DNA from: Eledone cirrhosa
Lineage: Eukaryota
Length of the DNA stretch: 64,000 nt
Reading direction: 5' to 3'
Assembly (NCBI GenBank): GCA_964016885.1
Contig: OZ024740.1
Coordinates: 440,200,001 to 440,264,000 of the forward strand
Shown here: piece by piece, positions 58,049-64,000 of the stretch
How the letters are laid out: every line of letters begins with the position of its first letter
Numbering within the stretch: the stretch's first letter is position 1
Translations under genes and position numbers: made by a program
Notes under the pieces: generated by a model
Databases searched by the model: none
What the model saw: the letters and a program-made list of their open reading frames with translations, nothing else
Told to the model about the DNA's origin: nothing

Positions 58049-58782
58049 CTAAATATAGACTGTGCTCCAAAATTGTTTGGGCCAGTGGACCCTACGACCT
58101 GAACGGGTCGTGGTCTTGTAACGTGGCGATGGTGGTGGTGTAGGGACAGGCGATGATGGTGGTTCAGGAACAGGCGTTCGCTCAACAGGCAAATACGAAG
58201 GGGTTCGTGGATCAGGAACCACAGCGTCCGTGTCAAGGTGCGCCTGCTTAAGCCTGTCTAATGTAACTGTCTCCCTGGACCCCTTAATATCTAACGTGAA
58301 ATGCTTAGTCGAGCGCGCTAAGACACGGTAAGGTCCAGTGTAAGGCTGTGTAAGCGGGGGCTTCACCGTATCATTCCTTACAAAGACATGCGTCCACGAG
58401 GCAATATCCCTCGGGACAGCAGTCTTGACAGTTTGTTTCCTAGTGTCCATTGGCGGCAAATCCTGGAAATAGGAGCGCAAACGGGACACGTAGGAAGCGT
58501 GATCTTGGGCATCAAGATCCATAGGGGCAAGCATTTGCCCGGGAAACGTCAGAGGGGCACCGTACAGTACCTCGGCCGGTGAAAATCCAAAGTCGACCTT
58601 CACCGTTGACCGAATCCCTAGTAGCACAATAGGGAGGTACTCGCTCCAATGCGCCGAGTCCATTGAGGCCATTAAGGAGGCCTTCAGTTGGCGATGAAAA
58701 CGCTCCACCATACCATTCGAAGCGGGATGGTATGCCGTAGTTCTAATGCGTTTAGCACCAATTAATTTTGACAGCTCGAGGA
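58049..58782 (-). pseudogene. pol: pol fragment 3: integrase core C-terminal half and C-terminal domain
   Basis: TTAYHPASNGMVERFHRQLK contains the catalytic E. Also SPAEVLYG, the GPY/F motif (PYTGPYRV), TLDRLK and a C-terminal TRSGR. Out of frame with fragment 2 because of a duplication at 58,760-58,802. The first residues of ORF 58049..58819 are off-frame. Confidence 0.93.
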
Positions 58783-58784
58783 AA

Positions 58785-60011
58785 TTAATTTTGACAGCTC
58801 GACTCGAACTGTCGTCCACGGTCGGTAGTTATTGTGGATGGAACTCCATAACGAGAGATCCATCCAGACACAAGAGCACGTGCTGTTGTCTCCGCGGTGA
58901 TGTTTTTCAAGGGGATGGCCTCAGGCCATCTCGAAAAACGGTGAATGACGGTAAGTAGATAAGAAAAACCATCGCTGACAGGCCAAGGTCCCACTATGTC
59001 AATATGAATATGTGAAAAACGCGCATCTGGGTTAGCAAAGGTACCCAGGGGAGCCTTGACGTGTCGATGGACCTTTGATCTCTGGCAAGCGACGCAGGAA
59101 CGGCACCAAGCTGCAATTTCACGCCTCATATTTGGCCAGAAAAATCTAGCTGATATGAGCTTTGCTGTGGCAGAAGATCCTGGATGCGAGATACAATGTA
59201 ATCCCAGAAACACGGTCCGACGATGATTCTCTGGAACCAAGGGACTAGGCACGTCCAAAGAGACGTCGCAGAGAATTTGGCCAACTGCAGTCGACAGAGG
59301 CAAGTATTTCATCTCGCAATTCGCAAACTCGGGCGATGTGACATCCAATGACTCAAGGGGAGGCTGATCCGCAGCCAAACGAGTCAGATCTATGTCAGAG
59401 GATGACGAGATCGCTGTCACGGGTAAGCGGGACAAAGCATCGGCCGCTGTATTTAGTGAACCCGGAATGTGCTGGATATCACTCGTATATTGCGAGATGA
59501 AATCAAGGTGTCTCGTCTCTCTGGGCGAGTATTTATCAGCCTTCGCTCTCAAAGCAAAAGTCAATGGTTTATGGTCAGTGAGGATAGTAAATTGTCTACC
59601 CTCTAGCACATGTGAAAAATGTTTCACGGCCAAATAGATGGCTAAAAGCTCTCTTCCAAAGGTGCTGTAGCGCGTCTCAGCAGGATTTAGCTTTTTGGAA
59701 AAAAACTTCAGCGGTTGCTGGTAACCATTGATGTTTTGCTGTAGTACTGCGCCCACAGCGATATCCGATGCATCAACACAAAGCGTTAGCTTTGCACCGG
59801 GTACCGGGTGAGTCAGTAACGAAGCATTAGCCAAAACAGTTTTGGCGTGCTGAAAATCAGCAAGTTGAGTGTCTGTCAAAGAAATATCTTTGTTCTTCCT
59901 CCAACAATTTTTCAAAATTTCTGTCAGGGAGAAAAGCAATTTTGCACAATTTGGCACGAAACGCCTATAAAAGTTAACCAGACCTAAGAACTGGCGTAAC
60001 TGACGTAGTGA
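58785..60011 (-). pseudogene. pol: pol fragment 2: RT thumb/connection, RNase H, integrase HHCC and N-terminal core
   Basis: The frame extends upstream of the ORF-track start as [21 protein letters not shown]. RNase H motifs: [34 protein letters not shown]. Integrase: HCISHPG...CVACQ zinc finger, HIDIVGP and [11 protein letters not shown] (two catalytic Asp). Confidence 0.95.
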
Positions 60012-61231
60012 GGCAAATCCTCTATGACCTTAACTCGTTCAGGCCGGGGTCGAATACCGTCAGCATCGATGACGTGACCCAAGAAAGTCAGTGACTCAGC
60101 ACCAAAAACACATTTGGGTGCATTAAGCTGCACGTTATACGCCTTCAATCGGCGGAAAAGAAGATTCAAATGGTGCGTATGCTGCTCTGGAGAAGAACTA
60201 GCAATGAGCAGATCGTCAATATAGGTATAGACGAAATCGAGGCCGCGAGTAACCTCATCCATAAACCGCTGAAAAGTACTAGCGGTATTCCTTAATCCGA
60301 ACGGCATAGTCAAAAACTCGAACGACCCAAATGGCGTAACTATAGCCGTTTTTGGAATGTCATTTTTATGGACAGGAATTTGATGGTACGCACGAATTAA
60401 ATCCAGTTTGGAGAATATCTCGCATCCCTGCAACGAAGACGCAAAGTCTTGCAGATGAGGGATAGGATAACGGTCCGGTACCGTTATCGAATTCAGGCGT
60501 CGATAATCTCCAGTAGGTCTCCAATCGCCATTCGCTTTCGGTACCATGTGTAATGGGGACGCCCACAGGCTCGTGGACGGACGAATAATCCCCATTTGCA
60601 GCATATGATCAAACTCTGATCGTGCTGCTTTGAGTTTGTCCGGAGGCAAGCGACGAGGACGAGAGAAAACGGAAGCACCAGTTGTAGATATGAAGTGCTC
60701 CGTGGTATAAGTTGGTTCATCAAATCGAAAATTTCCCCGAGTCAGTTGCGGGAACGAGTTCAACAACGCATGGAAACGATCACCGGTGTTAGCAAGAAAA
60801 AATGTCGGGCTAACCGTTGGAACTCCTGCTACCTTGCCAACAACAGTTAATCCCGTGATGCCATCAATTAGGCGTTTACCACGAAGGTCCACCGTCAATG
60901 AAAAATGGTGGAGAAAATCCGCGCCTAGAATCGGATACGGCAAGGCAGCGACAGTAAATATCCATTTAAACTCGCGCCGCAGATTACGAAACTGCAAAGG
61001 TAACGAGATTTGTCCGAAAGTTCGAATCGGCGTACAATTTACTGCCTGCAACTCAATAGGCGTCTCAGGGGGAGTCTCCTTCATACAACACACAGGCCAT
61101 ACGGAACAAGCTGCACCTGTGTCAACCAGTAAAGCTCTCCCTGACAGCAGGTCCTCAATGAAAAAGTGGCGGTTAGATGTTGTTTCGCAGAGCGCACTAT
61201 CCGCCGTTAGTGACTCTGGTCGTCTTTTCCC
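60012..61231 (-). pseudogene. pol: pol fragment 1: aspartic protease and reverse transcriptase
   Basis: Protease LVDTGA (DTG at 61,115-61,123) and ILGADFL. RT motifs [37 protein letters not shown] and YIDD (60,212-60,223). It begins in the -1 frame relative to gag and is frameshifted near 60,011. Confidence 0.96.
61168..61231 (-). promoter_or_regulatory. Putative -1 programmed ribosomal frameshift signal: slippery heptamer G GGA AAA, 6-nt spacer, H-type pseudoknot
   Basis: Minus strand reads GGGAAAA GACGAC CAGAGTCACTA AC GGCGG A TAGTGCGCTCTG CGAAACAACATCTAA CCGCC. The heptamer is correctly phased in gag (GAG GGA AAA) and a -1 slip enters the pol frame (GGG AAA AGA CGA CCA). Confidence 0.8.
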
Positions 61232-61999
61232 TCGTAAGCACAAGGAGGCCTACAACGGGCGGCTTTTTTACCATATCTTTCATGGTAATAACAATATGGT
61301 GTTCCTGGTGTGTTGGAAGGGCTACGGTGGCGAGAAGTTGAATAACGTCGTGAGCGGCTCCTCTGCCGTCCAAAGGACCTGAATTCCTTGCACAACTCCG
61401 CCATTTGACGAGTCATGGCTTCCATTGTGGTGATTAAATTGCCATCAGACGCTGATGAGCGTGATTGAGGAAGAGAAGAGGAAGCAACGAACTTTGGCTT
61501 CGAGGTGTCTCTCTTCGTCACCTCTACAATTTTGTCAGCAGAGACAGCAATGTGATCCAGGGTATTCACCTCTAGCATATGGGCTAGGATCGCCTGTACC
61601 TCTTGAGGTAGGCGAGAGAAGAACAATTGCTTCAGGAAAGGGCTATCCTGATCTTGGGAATCGCTCAAATCCCGCAAATGCCGGAGAAAAGCGGTAGGAG
61701 TCCTGTCACCTAATCGTTCGTCCTCGATCAGTGACCGAAAACGACTCTCTACCGACTTACAATTCCTCCTCAAAATCTCGCCCTTCAAAAACTCATACGT
61801 CAAGTCAGAGGGGGGGGTCTGTAATTAGGTCTTGGACCGAATCTGCTAGATTAGGGGGAAGGCCACTAATCAGTACAGCGAGGCGCTGGCCAGATTCGGT
61901 CTTACAGACCGTAAAATACGCCTGTAACTGGGCAAACCACATCTTAGGCTTTCCAGTAAAGGCGGGCAAATGTGGCAAGTTGCGAAAAAAGGCCGGCAA
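61207..61999 (-). pseudogene. gag: gag, split by a +1 frameshift in a C8 run
   Basis: N-terminal PAFTGKPKMWFAQLQAYF, then LGDRTPTAFLRHLR, LFFSRLP, an Arg/Ser-rich tract and the CHCC knuckle [18 protein letters not shown] (61,240-61,293). Removing one base from the run at 61,810-61,817 fuses ORFs 61805..61999 and 61207..61803 into ITDPPSDLTYEFLK. Confidence 0.92.
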
Positions 62000-62051
62000 T
62001 GTGGCAATAAAAGTTCAACTGAATGAAAACGAAGGGCTGCGATAAATTCTT

Positions 62052-62064
62052 ACGTCGGTCACCA
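62052..62064 (-). promoter_or_regulatory. Primer-binding site, tRNA-Trp type, apparently lacking 2 nt
   Basis: TGGTGACCGACGT starts 1 nt after the 5' LTR. The metazoan tRNA-Trp 3' end as I recall it (..ACGTCGGGGTCACCA) predicts TGGTGACCCCGACGT. Confidence 0.8.
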
Positions 62065-62065
62065 C

Positions 62066-62300
62066 TTTAGCAATATTAGTTATAGATGTTATCGAGATAC
62101 GAGTGACATAATAATTATTTCAACAGCAGAAATTAGAGATGAAATATACGTTTAATTTTTGATGTAGCACAAACAATGGTGTTGTACAGAGGCTGGTTTC
62201 TGGCGTGTGATCAGTCGGCTTTCCAGTGGCTGTCTGTCTTTTCTTTCTGGCGTTCTCAACCGGCGTTGTTCTATCAAGGAGCGTGAGGCGTCTTACTACA
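62066..62300 (-). repeat. 5' LTR (right copy), 235 bp
   Basis: On the minus strand it begins TGTAGTAA (62,300) and ends TTGCTAAA (62,066), an imperfect terminal inverted repeat whose expected terminal CA reads AA. It is followed by G and then the PBS. Confidence 0.94.
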
Positions 62301-62720
62301 TATGTAATATAGGATGGGGTTAATTTCTGTGATTATATGTAATATAGCATGGGGTTAATTTTATTGATTATATGTAATATAGGATGGGGTTAATTTCAGT
62401 GATTATATGTAATATAGGATGGGGTTAATTTCAGTGATTATATGTAATATAGACTGGGGTAAATTTCAGTGATTATATGTAATATAGGATGGGGTTAATT
62501 TCAGTGATTATATGTAATATAGACTGGGGTTAATTTCAGTGATTATAAGTAATATAGACTAGGTTTAATTTAAGTGATTATATGTAATATAGACGGGTTA
62601 ATTTCAGTGATGATATGTAATATAAGATGGGATTAATTTCAGTGATTATATGTAATATAGGATGGGGTTAATTCCAGTGATTATATGTAATATAGGTTGG
62701 GTTAATCGCAGTGGTAAAAT
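62301..62720. repeat. Terminal remnant of the 35-bp satellite (about 12 monomers); right edge of the array
   Basis: The same monomer in the same orientation resumes directly after the LTR (TATGTAATATAGGATGGGG). The last unit decays into GGTTGGGGTTAATCGCAGTGGTAAAAT. Confidence 0.95.
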
Positions 62721-63045
62721 ATTACAGCCAATATAGAGGTAGTGATATTGGCGCTTGACACTGTTGCATTGTTCTAGTTAAAAGGTTTTACTTTAAGACA
62801 GGGAGGTAGAAATGCTGCCCAGTGTGTGTCAAGGACATACGTATAACGTGATGGATAAATCGTGATATACATGACGTCCACCTCAATGAGAAAGCTATGG
62901 TCTCTCAGTATAACTTTGCCGAATTATTTAGAGGTCAGGTTGAGCTTGGATATAAAAGCCTACTGTTAACAGAAGGTGTCTCTGAGAAACAATGGTGGTT
63001 TGTCCAGTGAAGTGTTGTCGAGTTTTTACAAATCTTAGGCAAATT

Positions 63046-63062
63046 CAATAATATCTATTCAA
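63046..63062 (+). repeat. Left target-site duplication of the SINE (CAATAATATCTATTCAA)
   Basis: Exact 17-bp match to 63,278-63,294. Confidence 0.9.
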
Positions 63063-63277
63063 GGGCGATGGATTAGCAGTATCGGTAGAGCGTCGGGCAA
63101 CATGCTTTATGGCATAGAGTTACGTCCCTTTACGGTCTGAGTTCAGATCCCGATATAGTTAGCTTTGCCTTTCAGCCTTACGGGGTCGATAACACAAAGT
63201 ACCAGTAATGCACTGGGCTCGATTTAATCAACATTCCCCTCTGCCAAACATACTGGCCTTGTGCCTATATGAGTAAC
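63063..63277 (+). mobile_element. tRNA-derived SINE (about 215 bp) with a Meta/MESC-like central domain; resembles octopus SINEs
   Basis: GGC start, A-box-like TAGCAGTATCGG (63,074-63,085) and B-box-like GAGTTCAGATCCC (63,139-63,151). Central TTTGCCTTTCAGCCTTACGGGGTCGATAACACAAAGTACCAG, 3' CTGGCCTTGTGCC, and perfect flanking direct repeats. The family assignment is from memory, not from a search. Confidence 0.85.
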
Positions 63278-63294
63278 CAATAATATCTATTCAA
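63278..63294 (+). repeat. Right target-site duplication of the SINE
   Basis: Exact 17-bp match to 63,046-63,062. The first few bases could also belong to the SINE tail. Confidence 0.9.
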
Positions 63295-63324
63295 TGTAAA
63301 CTACAATGTGCATTATAGATGTAG

Positions 63325-64000
63325 CATAATAGCTACCCTGACACTGTACATCATAGCTACCCTGACACAGTACATCATAGCTACCCTGACACTGTATATC
63401 ATAGCTACCCTGACACTGTACATCATAGATACCTTTACACTGTACATCATAGCTACCCTGACACTGTACATCATAGCTACCCTGACACAGTACATCATAG
63501 CTACCCTGACACTGTATATCATAGCTACCCTGACACTGTACATCATAGATACCTTTACACTGTACATCATAGCTACCCTGACACTGTACATCATAGCTAC
63601 CCTGACACTGTACATCATAGCTATCCTGACACTGTACACCATAGCTACATTTACACTGTACATCATAGCTACCCTGACACTGTACACCATAGCTACCCTG
63701 ACACTGTATATCATAGCTACCCTGACACTGTACATCATAGCTACCCTGACACAGTACATCATAGCTACCCTGACACTGTATATCATAGCTACCCTGACAC
63801 TGTACATCATAGATACCTTTACACTGTACATCATAGCTACCCTGACACTGTACATCATAGCTACCCTGACACTGTACATCATAGCTATCCTGACACTGTA
63901 CACCATAGCTACATTTACACTGTACATCATAGCTATCCTGACACTGTACATCATAGCTACCCTGACACTGTACACCATAGCTACCCTGACACTGTACACC
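63325..64000. repeat. 24-bp minisatellite/satellite, consensus CATCATAGCTACCCTGACACTGTA, about 28 copies, continues beyond the right edge
   Basis: Period 24 is directly visible and is mirrored in the 8-aa repeat MMYSVRVA of ORF 63313..63999. No evident similarity to the 35-bp satellite. Confidence 0.98.

Larger units (their letters stand above)
57598..62300 (-). mobile_element. Full-length but defective Ty3/Gypsy LTR retrotransposon, CsRn1/Kabuki/Boudicca-like lineage, about 4.7 kb
   Basis: Two direct LTRs and minus-strand order PBS-gag-PR-RT-RNaseH-IN, which is the Gypsy domain order. Gag has a C-X2-H-X9-C-X3-C motif and the PBS is tRNA-Trp-like; both are known hallmarks of the CsRn1 clade. 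No env ORF. Satellite flanks both sides in the same orientation. Confidence 0.96.

Noticed and set aside
58049-58220. Chromodomain at the integrase C-terminus explaining heterochromatin targeting
   Set aside because: The tail is a Pro-rich linker ending in TRSGRRVHWP, with no chromodomain-like aromatic pattern or sufficient length.
57733-58236. Short ORFs 57733..57927 (+), 57752..58042 (+) and 58039..58236 (-)
   Set aside because: They overlap the LTR, 3' UTR or an alternative frame of integrase. They are low-complexity and have no recognisable motifs, and none looks like env.
58388-62045. Plus-strand ORFs (58388, 58746, 59392, 60786, 61455, 61731) and short alternative-frame minus ORFs (60366, 60493)
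   Set aside because: These are antisense or off-frame shadows of gag-pol with no domain signatures.
62871-62958. CRE-like TGACGTC and TATA-like TATAAAAG as a promoter
   Set aside because: Short motifs like these are expected by chance, and there is no downstream gene or other support.
63063-63151. tRNA gene
   Set aside because: It has A/B-box-like motifs but I could not fold a cloverleaf, and it continues into a SINE body bounded by a TSD.
63301-63324. CTACA...TGTAG inverted pair resembling the LTR termini
   Set aside because: The match is only 5 bp, in the wrong orientation for an LTR, with no other LTR similarity.
63313-63999. 228-aa ORF of MMYSVRVA repeats as a real gene
   Set aside because: It is a by-product of a stop-free 24-bp unit. 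The variants are non-synonymous, with no sign of codon-level constraint and no non-repetitive coding context.

Overview
Eukaryotic, repeat-only window with no recognisable host gene. Bases 1-57,597 are one head-to-tail AT-rich satellite with a 35-bp monomer (about 1,645 copies, open at the left edge). Rare monomer variants show nested kilobase-scale duplications (5,801 bp, 4,128 bp, about 3.5 kb) and three variant domains. About 400 bp inside the right edge of the array sits a 4.7-kb minus-strand Ty3/Gypsy LTR retrotransposon (about 57,598-62,300). Its CHCC Gag knuckle and tRNA-Trp-type PBS point to the CsRn1/Kabuki/Boudicca lineage. The LTRs are about 99% identical, but gag and pol carry three frameshifts and there is no target-site duplication. 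The satellite fades out near 62,720. After it come about 330 bp of unassigned DNA, a tRNA-derived SINE flanked by a perfect 17-bp direct repeat (resembling, from memory, octopus SINEs), and a 24-bp minisatellite that runs off the right edge. I see no new multi-gene system. The best leads are a well-formed -1 frameshift signal (slippery heptamer plus H-type pseudoknot) at the gag-pol junction, an integration junction that looks one-ended and coincides with a mutated U5 terminus, and the readable duplication history of the satellite. All coordinates were counted by eye.
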